Source: Candidatus Aminicenantia bacterium
GTDB taxonomy: Bacteria > Acidobacteriota > Aminicenantia > JdFR-78
Assembly: GCA_046760445.1 (NCBI GenBank)
Contig: JBHIEE010000001.1
Coordinates: 19,497-83,496 of the forward strand
Direction: 5' to 3'
Length of the DNA: 64,000 nucleotides
A program made the position numbers and the translations under genes. Of this stretch, positions 53,870 through 62,489 are shown in pieces. The notes below the pieces were generated by a model. That model did not search any database and was not told where the DNA came from. It saw nothing but the letters and a program-made list of their open reading frames with translations. The stretch's first letter is position 1, and each line of letters begins with the position of its first letter.

Positions 53870-54017
53870 TTCCTTTCCTTTATAACATAATAAACATTCC
53901 TGAGCAAGATTAAGGCTTAATTACTTGCTATTTTTTAGAAAAAATATTAATAGAACAGGTGGAGGGAAGAAAAGATGAATTCATTAGAACAATTAAAAAA
54001 TCAAGAGGAGGTACATT

Positions 54018-54923
54018 ATGATTTCAAAAATCTTAAAAGTAACAATTTTAATCATCATTTTCCTTTTATTTAACATTAGTTACTTATCTTCGAGTCAAAA
54101 ACTTAAGGTTTACATCTCAGTGGATATGGAAGGAATTACTGGAGTAGTGAATCGAGACCAAGTATCATCAGAGGGTAAAGATTACAATTTAGCCCGAAAA
54201 TGGATGATGGAGGAAACAAACGCTGCTATTCAGGGTGCTCTTGATGCAGGAGCAACTAAAATTATGGTTAATGATTCTCACGGGAATATGAGAAATATAA
54301 TAATTAGCGAGCTCAATCCAACGGCCTATCTCATCACTGGTTCTCCAAAGTCTCTCAGTATGATGCAGGGAATTGATAACACTTTTGATGTCGTAATATT
54401 TATTGGGTATCATGCTAAGGCTGGAACGAAAGATGGAGTCTTAGACCATACTTATTCCAGTGCTTCAGTCTATTCCATAAAAATTAATGGAATCGAAATG
54501 CCAGAAGTTGGAATAAATGCTGCAGTAGCAGGTTATTTTGATGTGCCAGTAGTCTTAATTGCTGGAGACTCAGCCGTTTGTCAGCAAGCAAAAAATCTTT
54601 TAGGAAAAGAAATTGAAACAGTGGCGGTCAAGGAAGGTATTGGAAGATATGCTGCAAAATGTTTACCATTTGAAAAAGCTCTTCAATTAATAAGAGAAAA
54701 AACAAAAATAGCTCTTGAAAAAAGAAAAGAAATAAAGCCTTTCAATCTTGATCCTCCTTACAAATTTGAATTAGAGTTTCTTTATAGCTATCAAACTGAT
54801 TATGCTGAGCTTATTCCTGGAGTAAAAAGAATAGGTGGGAGAACAGTTGTTTTCACCACGAATGACCTGATTGAAGGCTTCAAGCTTATGCGGGCGCTTA
54901 TTGCTTTAGCTCGAACTCTATAA
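54018..54923 (+). CDS. M55 family D-aminopeptidase (DppA-type), with signal/anchor
   Basis: KVYISVDMEGITGV, VNDSHGNMRN, GYHAKAGT. Confidence 0.85.
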   Translation: MISKILKVTILIIIFLLFNISYLSSSQKLKVYISVDMEGITGVVNRDQVSSEGKDYNLARKWMMEETNAAIQGALDAGATKIMVNDSHGNMRNIIISELNPTAYLITGSPKSLSMMQGIDNTFDVVIFIGYHAKAGTKDGVLDHTYSSASVYSIKINGIEMPEVGINAAVAGYFDVPVVLIAGDSAVCQQAKNLLGKEIETVAVKEGIGRYAAKCLPFEKALQLIREKTKIALEKRKEIKPFNLDPPYKFELEFLYSYQTDYAELIPGVKRIGGRTVVFTTNDLIEGFKLMRALIALARTL

Positions 54924-55320
54924 ACATGAAATCTGATATCCACAAAATTCACCTGTTCGCAATTTGAAATTTTTGCTCGACTTTATTTTCTTGAGCTTGG
55001 AATCACAAATAGAGTCTTTGAAATTAAGACCGAGATTAATTCAAAAAAATTTTAAAAAATTTCAAGTTTTTTGCTTTTCAAAAGACTAAATTATATGGAG
55101 AGAAAAAGTTATGGATTTAAGAATTAAGGAGGCTCTCAAATTCATAGATGACCCTTCTGACATGACAGATAAGTCAACATTTGGGTTTTTGTTTTGATCT
55201 ATTACTTTATTTTTCGAGTGAAATTTAAAAATTTTTTACAGATGTAATTTTTTTTTACACTCAGATTTCATCTTTTAATTTAAATTATGTCCAGATAATA
55301 GAGAAATTCCTCTCTTGAAT

Positions 55321-55336
55321 TGGCACAAATATTGCA
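55321..55336 (+). promoter_or_regulatory. Sigma54 (-24/-12) promoter, TGGCAC-N5-TTGCA
   Basis: tggcacaaatattgca matches the TGGCAC-N5-TTGC core perfectly. The predicted start near 55347 precedes SD ggggagggag and the ATG at 55362. Confidence 0.7.
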
Positions 55337-55361
55337 TAAGAAAAAGGGGAGGGAGAAACGA

Positions 55362-55688
55362 ATGGAATATTTAGAGTATTCAGCTTTCCGGAAACAAATT
55401 GAGGCTGCTATGAAAAGAGCAAAGTGTAAAAAAGTGCTGTATTTTTATGATAATTTAGGTTATAAGAGGTTGTTAGGGGTTTTTAATAAAAAAACAGCTT
55501 ATCAAATCAGGAGATATCTTCGAACAAAAAAATTAGTTGATCGGATGACCGAATTTGATATAAAAACAACTGAGCCACCTAAAAGTTTCCTTGAAGCAAT
55601 TGATTTAATAACAGAGTATTCATCAAGCAGAAAATCTGGCTCACATAGTAATTTTCATTTTGAGAAGCAGCTCATAAATTATCGATAA
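55362..55688 (+). CDS. Orphan basic protein, 108 aa, unknown function
   Basis: ATG with a strong SD, downstream of the sigma54 promoter. MEYLEYSAFRKQIEAAMKRAKCKK... is Lys/Arg-rich with no recognisable motif. Confidence 0.55.
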   Translation: MEYLEYSAFRKQIEAAMKRAKCKKVLYFYDNLGYKRLLGVFNKKTAYQIRRYLRTKKLVDRMTEFDIKTTEPPKSFLEAIDLITEYSSSRKSGSHSNFHFEKQLINYR

Positions 55689-55740
55689 ATCAGGCTTTTC
55701 AATAAACTCATAATAACCACTCTTGACTTGCTGCTTCAGA

Positions 55741-55773
55741 ATTTGGGATTTTGCCGCACGAAGTGAGGTATAT
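55741..55773 (+). repeat. Second copy of the 33-nt element (31/33 to 23157-23189)
   Basis: atttgggattttgccgcacgaagtgaggtatat. Lies between the orphan gene stop (55688) and the stop of the convergent GTPase gene (55775). Confidence 0.7.
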
Positions 55774-55774
55774 C

Positions 55775-56764
55775 TTATATGTGTAATTCGATAATATCTT
55801 CTTCCTGAAGGATGTAGTCTTTAGTCACTTTTTGCCCATCATATTTGTTCGAGCCCCAGATACGAGCATATTTCAGCTTATAGGCAAAATCTTTATGAAT
55901 TCTTTCTGCCATATCCATTACAGTGGCTCCTTTTTTAAAAATAAACGGTTCATTCAAATCAGGTTTTTTGCCTGGAATTTTACTGTACACACGAATGATA
56001 TCCAGTATGTTATAAATTCGATCTTTTAAATTATCCAAATTAACTTTTTCTTTGGCTGAGATAGAAATCACTGGAAATTTTTGTGCATAGAATTCCTTAA
56101 GGAACTCAAGATTTTCTGTTGCTCCGGACAGATCATTTTTATTTCCAATAATTAGAGCTCTTTTTAAAAAAGGTTTTTTCTCAGACTCTATTACCATTTT
56201 TGGTTCAACAAGAGTTATTTTTTTATCTTCCAATCTCTTGAAAATTACTTCTATCTGGTCTAAGCAATTATCGTCATTTAAATCAACAACTAATAAGACA
56301 GCATCAGCTACTTTAATTATTTCTGGAAGCCAGGGTTCAAGATATTCTTCCGTAATAGGAGGGGTATCAATTAACTGAATCTGAATATTTTTATAAGGCA
56401 TCATACCAGGAACAGGTTTTTGAGTAGTAAAAGGATAATCAGCCACTTCAGCCGGAGCATTAGTTAAACTGTTCAAGATCTGAGATTTTCCAGCATTTGG
56501 AGGACCAATTAATATCACTTGACCGGCGCCAAGCTTTTCAATATAAAAAACTGGTCCATGCCTTGCAGTAGCTTGCTTTTTTTGAAGTTGATCCTTAAGT
56601 TTGGAAATTTTAGTTTTAAGAAGAGCCTGGAGTTTTTCTGTTCCCTTATGTTTTGGGACAATAGAAAGCATTTCCTCAAGGATTCCAATTTTATCAGGGA
56701 TGTTTTTAGCTGTTTTTAATTTTCTTTCTGCTTCAAAATATTGAGGTGGTAAGTTAGCTGGCAT
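55775..56764 (-). CDS. Obg-superfamily GTPase of DRG/Rbg type with a C-terminal TGS domain
   Basis: G1 GPPNAGKSQ, G3 DTPP, G4 NKND. N-terminal helical region like DRG (KHKGTEKLQALLKTKISKLKDQL). TGS-like C-terminus. Confidence 0.75.
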   Translation of the reverse strand: MPANLPPQYFEAERKLKTAKNIPDKIGILEEMLSIVPKHKGTEKLQALLKTKISKLKDQLQKKQATARHGPVFYIEKLGAGQVILIGPPNAGKSQILNSLTNAPAEVADYPFTTQKPVPGMMPYKNIQIQLIDTPPITEEYLEPWLPEIIKVADAVLLVVDLNDDNCLDQIEVIFKRLEDKKITLVEPKMVIESEKKPFLKRALIIGNKNDLSGATENLEFLKEFYAQKFPVISISAKEKVNLDNLKDRIYNILDIIRVYSKIPGKKPDLNEPFIFKKGATVMDMAERIHKDFAYKLKYARIWGSNKYDGQKVTKDYILQEEDIIELHI

Positions 56765-56845
56765 TTTGTAGCCTCTTTTCTCATTCTATTATAAAAGAAG
56801 ATGAGTGATTTTGAAAGATGGGAAGAAAATATTCTGAGAAAATTT

Positions 56846-57928
56846 TTATTTTGCAAATTTATCCCAGTGGCTATCAACAGCATTTTTCACTTCATCCAAG
56901 GTGATTTTCTCCATACACTTAAAATCCTTACATTTCAAAAACTCTTTCTTATGAACAGTTTGAGGAACATAACAAGGACTGCACTCAATTTTTTTCCAGA
57001 TGAATATATGTTTTTGTCCTCGGGGTGCAACCAATCTGGGATCAGACGGACCGAAAAGTCCAATCGTGGGAGTTCCAACTGCAGCTGCTAAATACAAAAG
57101 ACCTGAATCTCCACCAATGAATAAATGACTTTTTTCTATGGCAGCTGCTGACTCTCGGAAAGTGAGTTTTCCGGCAAGATTTATTGGTTGGGTTTTCATT
57201 TGAGAAATAATTTCCTGGATAATTTTTTTATCACTTTCTCCACCAAGAAAAATAATTTTGGCTTTATATTTCTCTGAGATCCAATCGCTTAAACGAGCAA
57301 ATCTTTCAGGAATCCATTTTTTACTTAACATCACTGTTTTTGGATTTTTTCCTCCTCCTGGGAAGACAGAAATTAATTTATTTTCAGAAAGATTTAATTT
57401 TTTTAATAATTCTTCAGCAAATTCTCTTTCTTCTTTCTTCAATCCTATTTCCAGGTAGTTGTCTTGAGGAGTTAAATTTAATCCACGAGCAATATCTAAA
57501 TATCTTTCCACTTCATACTTAGTGTAGTCAAAAGGAATTTTTTTGGCTAAGGCAAAGCCTTGATGGTGCCAATTAAATCCCACTCGATACCGAATACCAG
57601 ATAGAAAAAGGAAAAGACTACTACTTAAAGAACGATGACAGTTAATAGCTAAATCAAATTTTTCTTTCCTGATTTTGAGAATAAATCTTAAAGTTTTTAT
57701 TATTTTAATCAGCCAATTAGATTTTTCAAAAGGAACATTATAGATAATAGTCTGGTTCAAATGAGGATTGGTTTCTATTACCTGCTTTGACCATTCCCCA
57801 ACCAGATAGGTGAGATTAGCTTCAGGGAAACCTTTTCTTAATGTCCTGAGCAAGGGAGTGGTAAACATCACATCACCAATGCAGCATAATTTGACAATAA
57901 GGATTTTCCTCACTTGGGATAATTTCAT
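56846..57928 (-). CDS. Glycosyltransferase family 9 (LPS heptosyltransferase-like)
   Basis: ILIVKLCCIGDVMFTTPLLRTLRKGFP, FIGGDSGLLYLAAAVGTPTIGLFGPSDP. Confidence 0.85.
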   Translation of the reverse strand: MKLSQVRKILIVKLCCIGDVMFTTPLLRTLRKGFPEANLTYLVGEWSKQVIETNPHLNQTIIYNVPFEKSNWLIKIIKTLRFILKIRKEKFDLAINCHRSLSSSLFLFLSGIRYRVGFNWHHQGFALAKKIPFDYTKYEVERYLDIARGLNLTPQDNYLEIGLKKEEREFAEELLKKLNLSENKLISVFPGGGKNPKTVMLSKKWIPERFARLSDWISEKYKAKIIFLGGESDKKIIQEIISQMKTQPINLAGKLTFRESAAAIEKSHLFIGGDSGLLYLAAAVGTPTIGLFGPSDPRLVAPRGQKHIFIWKKIECSPCYVPQTVHKKEFLKCKDFKCMEKITLDEVKNAVDSHWDKFAK

Positions 57929-58845
57929 TATTTCTTTTCTGTAACTACTTGAAGAATTTTCAAATAAATCTCTGAAGCAATTTTTGCTTTTCCAAAGAAA
58001 GGGAAAATTTTACTAAGCAAGAAAAGTAATCCAAATTTAATGACTAAATAGAATTTCAAAAGATTAAATTCTATCTTCGCGCAGTGCTTTTGATAAAAGT
58101 AAAGTTGACTTTTTCTATATTCCAGTGCATGTTTTTGAGGGACAACATCTCGGCTCTTTCCTAAATAGTGAAAGATTTTCGCCTTGGGGAAGTAAAAAAT
58201 CTTTTTCCCTAATTTTTTGATTTGAGTGCATAAATCAGGATCATCAAAGTATAAAAAGAATCTCTCATCTAAAAGGTTCACTTTGTCCAAAATATCTCTT
58301 GTAGTTAAAAAACAAGCTCCACTGACCCAGTCAACCTCTTTTTCCCAGTTATCTCCTTTTTTCTTTATTATTGATTTAAAGAATAGGTTAGCGAAGTATT
58401 TCTGCCAGAATTCATTTTTAAGATTGGGGCGCAACCCATAGGATAATTGATAAGAGTAATCTTCATTCAATAAAGCCGGAGCAATCACCCCTATCTCAGG
58501 ACGTTTTTTTATTTCATGTAATAAAATATCTAAAGAATGGGCCAAAATTCGAGTATCATTATTCAAAAAAAGAATAAATTTACCTTGACTCAATTGTATT
58601 CCTTTGTTATTTGCTCGGGTAAAACCCAAATTTTCCTTATTACAAATCAATTTTACTTCCGGGAAACTTTTTCTGACCATTTTTTGACTGCTGTCATTCG
58701 AATTATTATCCACTACAATGATTTCAAATTTTTGACTCGGGGGAAATTGATAAATTGATTTTAAACATCGAGAGAGGTAATTTTTGCCATTATAGTTTAC
58801 GATAATTATGGAAAGTTCAACCGTCCGATTTCTACTTTCAACCAT
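57928..58845 (-). CDS. Glycosyltransferase family 2
   Basis: LSIIIVNYNGKNYL, IIVVDNNSNDSS, LFLNNDT. Confidence 0.8.
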   Translation of the reverse strand: MVESRNRTVELSIIIVNYNGKNYLSRCLKSIYQFPPSQKFEIIVVDNNSNDSSQKMVRKSFPEVKLICNKENLGFTRANNKGIQLSQGKFILFLNNDTRILAHSLDILLHEIKKRPEIGVIAPALLNEDYSYQLSYGLRPNLKNEFWQKYFANLFFKSIIKKKGDNWEKEVDWVSGACFLTTRDILDKVNLLDERFFLYFDDPDLCTQIKKLGKKIFYFPKAKIFHYLGKSRDVVPQKHALEYRKSQLYFYQKHCAKIEFNLLKFYLVIKFGLLFLLSKIFPFFGKAKIASEIYLKILQVVTEKK

Positions 58846-59004
58846 TTTCTTTAAATAAATTTATTATTTGGACAATTGTTTTTTCAAGGATAAATTAATT
58901 TTAACCGTACTCTATATTTTTTTACTTCCCGCATTAAGGGTATTTCCATAGACTCTTTAAAAAACTTCATTAAAAAGAGACATCTTCAGGGAATGTTTTT
59001 TCCT

Positions 59005-59985
59005 CTAATTGTTCAAATATAAAACACCTTTTAGAATCTTCTTTTCTTTCAAATCTTTAAGTGCAAATTCTAATTCATTTACATTATAGATCTTACTAAT
59101 AAAACCTTTTAAAATTTCTGAAAATTTATCAATTATTTCAATTGAAATCTTGAAATCTTCTCTGTCGTAACCTTTACTTCCTATTAAGATATATTCATTA
59201 GAATAAATTTTATTTAAATCTAAATTATAAAGTCTTCCCTTTAATTCTCCAATAAACACTAAATTTCCACCTGGATATAAAAATCTATTCAAATTATTTA
59301 TTATCTCTTTTTCTTCCACTGTAAAAACAATATTGTCGAATTTATTTAACTTTGAAATAGTATTTTTGATATTAAAAACATAATCAACACCTATTCTTTT
59401 GGCTATTTTAAGTCTATCATTATGGTGTCCAGCTAAAGTAACAGATTTGTTCCTTATTACTTTTCCTACAAAACTTGCTAACATACCCATAATTCCGTCT
59501 CCGATAACCAAAAAAGAATTTTCTTTCCTAAGTTTAATTTTCTTGAAACCATGAATGATGCAAGCTAATGGTTCGGCTAATGTTCCAACTACTAAATCTG
59601 AATTTGGTGAGACTTTAAAGACATTCTCTTGGGAAGCAAGAATATATTGAGAAAATCCATTTGAAGCTTCTGAATTTAGACATCTGCTTTCTAACCCTTT
59701 CAAGCAATTAATGCATTTTCCACACTTTATTTTTACATCTACGATAACTTTGTCTCCCTCTTTAAAATTTTCCACTTCTGATCCAGTTTCTTCTACTATA
59801 CCTGAAGGCTCGTGACCTAAAATTACAGGATAATTTGTATCTTTTAATCCTAAATACCTTTTTAAATCATATGTGCAAATTCCACAGTATTCTATTTTGA
59901 CCAATACTTTATCGTTTTTTATCTCTGGAATTTTAGCTTCCTCAATTGTAATTTTCTTAGGAGCTTTGCAAACTAAGACCTTCAT
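59005..59985 (-). CDS. Zinc-dependent medium-chain dehydrogenase/reductase (sugar or polyol dehydrogenase-like)
   Basis: CGICTYDL, GHEPSG and a structural-zinc CGKCINCLKGLESRC. Confidence 0.8.
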   Translation of the reverse strand: MKVLVCKAPKKITIEEAKIPEIKNDKVLVKIEYCGICTYDLKRYLGLKDTNYPVILGHEPSGIVEETGSEVENFKEGDKVIVDVKIKCGKCINCLKGLESRCLNSEASNGFSQYILASQENVFKVSPNSDLVVGTLAEPLACIIHGFKKIKLRKENSFLVIGDGIMGMLASFVGKVIRNKSVTLAGHHNDRLKIAKRIGVDYVFNIKNTISKLNKFDNIVFTVEEKEIINNLNRFLYPGGNLVFIGELKGRLYNLDLNKIYSNEYILIGSKGYDREDFKISIEIIDKFSEILKGFISKIYNVNELEFALKDLKEKKILKGVLYLNN

Positions 59986-59997
59986 TAATTACAAAAA

Positions 59998-61032
59998 TTA
60001 AAAGATTTTTCCTGTGATTTTAATTATTTCATCAGCTTTTTCTAATGTTCTCATCCAGTTGATGTTATAATAAATTGGGTCTTCAAAATTTAAATAATTA
60101 TATTCTTTGATTCTCTCTGCCATATCTACTACAGAATCTTCTACAGAAATAGAAGGACTGAAACCTAATTTATTTTTTATCTTTTCTCCTGAGACCCTAT
60201 AACTTCTGACTCCTCTATACTTATAATCAGGTTTTATGTCAATGTTTATATCTATTGATTTTAAAGCATTCCTGACCCTTAAAGCGAGCTCAGATATTCT
60301 GAAATTCCTATAGACCAAATTAAAAATTTCTCCTTTTACATTCTCTTCATCTGCTTCAATACAAGTTATGTAAGCTTTTGCCGTATCTCGTATATCAACT
60401 AAAGGTCTCCACATTTCTCCACCATAAAATGGAGTTATATATCCTTTTGTTAAGGCATCTCTTAAAAATGTATTGACTACCAAATCATATCTCATTCTGT
60501 AAGAAAAGCCATAAATTGTTCCTTTTCTCAATATTACAGGAGAGAAATTTTTATCTTGCATTGAAAGAAGAATTTTTTCAGCTTCATATTTAGATGAAGA
60601 ATAAGCAGCTTTGGGAGATACCTTTGTGTTTTCGTCAAAAATGACATCCTTTTCTTCATCCTTAGCTCCAATATCATATATGGAACATGAAGAAGCAAAA
60701 ATATATCTTTTTATACCAACTTTCTTACAAAGTTCAGCTGATAATTTTGTGGCTAAAGTGTTCATTTCATAATTTGCCTTAGGATTATACTCTGCAGTTG
60801 GATCGTTTGATAAGCCGCCTATGTTTATTACTACTCCCACTTCCTCTAAAACATCCGGCTCTAAATTCCTCATATCTTCCATTATTATTTCCACTCTATC
60901 TTTAAATTTTTCAATACCCATGTCTCCATAATAAAATCTATCAAATATTTTTATACTGTAACCTCTTTCTAATAATTCCTCTGTCAATACTGAGCCTACA
61001 TACCCTGCTCCTCCAATTAATAATACTTTCAT
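59998..61032 (-). CDS. NAD-dependent nucleotide-sugar epimerase/dehydratase (extended SDR)
   Basis: GGAGYVGS Rossmann motif and YSSSK catalytic YxxxK. Confidence 0.85.
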   Translation of the reverse strand: MKVLLIGGAGYVGSVLTEELLERGYSIKIFDRFYYGDMGIEKFKDRVEIIMEDMRNLEPDVLEEVGVVINIGGLSNDPTAEYNPKANYEMNTLATKLSAELCKKVGIKRYIFASSCSIYDIGAKDEEKDVIFDENTKVSPKAAYSSSKYEAEKILLSMQDKNFSPVILRKGTIYGFSYRMRYDLVVNTFLRDALTKGYITPFYGGEMWRPLVDIRDTAKAYITCIEADEENVKGEIFNLVYRNFRISELALRVRNALKSIDINIDIKPDYKYRGVRSYRVSGEKIKNKLGFSPSISVEDSVVDMAERIKEYNYLNFEDPIYYNINWMRTLEKADEIIKITGKIF

Positions 61033-61062
61033 TCTATTCTCCTTAATTATTTTTAATTTTTA

Positions 61063-61512
61063 TTACCTTCCTTTAACTGTCCATACATCTCCAAACGAAT
61101 CTGGAGGAATCCTTACTTCATCGGGATTTTCTCTATTATAAACTTCACTTGCTGTGCTTATCATTTGAGTATCATCTTCCAAAGACATCCAGCCATGATA
61201 TACTCCAGGTGGGACTACAATTAAACTCGGATTACGAGAACTAACTACAAAAATATTTTGTTCTTTGTAAGTTGGACTATCTTTTCTATCATCGACTAAA
61301 ATAAATTTTGCTGAACCATGAGAAATAAAAAACCAATCCCATAATATTTTGTGCTTATGAAAAGCCCGTATTGTCCCTTTAGCAAAGTTACCTACAAGAT
61401 ATACTTGTCCAAATTTAGTAAAATGTGGATCTGTGGCTCTGATGATTTCAATTAAATATCCTCTATCGTCGACATGAGCCACTAAATCAATTTTTACTGC
61501 ATCTCTAATCAA
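61063..61512 (-). CDS. RmlC-like cupin (short sugar-nucleotide epimerase/isomerase-like)
   Basis: HVDDRGYLIEI, RAFHKHK, PPGVYHGW. Confidence 0.65.
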   Translation of the reverse strand: MIRDAVKIDLVAHVDDRGYLIEIIRATDPHFTKFGQVYLVGNFAKGTIRAFHKHKILWDWFFISHGSAKFILVDDRKDSPTYKEQNIFVVSSRNPSLIVVPPGVYHGWMSLEDDTQMISTASEVYNRENPDEVRIPPDSFGDVWTVKGR

Positions 61513-61513
61513 T

Positions 61514-62371
61514 TTAAACCTCCCTTAATTTATATTTTTCTTCTCCTAAATAAGCCTTTAAAGCTTCTTTCCAGTGTCTCAATAGCTTTATTTTTCTACT
61601 GATTAAAGGAGTATAAATAGGTCTTTTTATCCCTTCCATCTCTTCTTTTTCAATTTTCTTTTCTACTTTAGTTGTTGCTTCTATTTGTTTAAATATTTCC
61701 AAAGCAAATTCATACCAACTACAGTATCCGCTGTTAGTGACATGATAAATACCGGATGGAAAATCATCCTCCAAAATTTCTTTAATTTTTAAAGCTGCAT
61801 CAAAAGTATAAGTAGGACTACAAATTATATTTGAGGTAACTTGAATATTATCTTTACTTTTAGCTAAATTTAGCATTGTTTTAACAAAATTTCTACCTCC
61901 TTTAGCTCTGCAACCACTAACTCCAAACAAACTTGCTACTCGAATAATATAATGTTTTTCTACTTTTTTAACAAAAAATTCTCCAGCCAATTTAGAAATA
62001 CCATAAACGTTTAAAGGGTTAGGAACATCTTCCTCTGTATATGGAGTATTTTTTCTACCATCAAATACATAGTCTGTACTTAAATGAACTAGTTTCATTT
62101 GATTATCTCGACATATATCTGCCAAATTTTTCACACCTATACTATTTACTAAGAATGCCTTTTCAGGATTTCTTTCGCATTCTGGGACATTATGGTAAGC
62201 AGCAGTGTTTATAATGATTTCCGGTTGATGTTTATCAATTATTTTTTTTATTTGTTCATAGTCTGTTATCTCAATTTCTTTATGAGATAGAGGAATTAAT
62301 TCGTTCTCTTCAAAAACTTTTAAAATATCTGTTCCTAATTGACCATTCGCTCCAATAAGCAATATTTTCAT
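61514..62371 (-). CDS. RmlD-like sugar-nucleotide 4-keto reductase (dTDP-4-dehydrorhamnose reductase family)
   Basis: MKILLIGANGQLG, HLSTDYVFDG, YGISKLAGE. Confidence 0.8.
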   Translation of the reverse strand: MKILLIGANGQLGTDILKVFEENELIPLSHKEIEITDYEQIKKIIDKHQPEIIINTAAYHNVPECERNPEKAFLVNSIGVKNLADICRDNQMKLVHLSTDYVFDGRKNTPYTEEDVPNPLNVYGISKLAGEFFVKKVEKHYIIRVASLFGVSGCRAKGGRNFVKTMLNLAKSKDNIQVTSNIICSPTYTFDAALKIKEILEDDFPSGIYHVTNSGYCSWYEFALEIFKQIEATTKVEKKIEKEEMEGIKRPIYTPLISRKIKLLRHWKEALKAYLGEEKYKLREV

Positions 62372-62489
62372 TCTTTTCTTATTGATTTTTAATTTATATC
62401 AAAATTTCATAATTAAGGTCAAATAAAAGTGAGATTTCCTCACAGTAAAGCTGTAGGGCATTTTATAATCTCATAAGTTTTTCCCTGTA

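Noticed and set aside
55320-55361. TTG start at 55320 for the orphan ORF
   Set aside because: These codons coincide with the TGGCAC-N5-TTGC sigma54 promoter and the SD. The ATG at 55362 with ggggagggag upstream is the coherent start.
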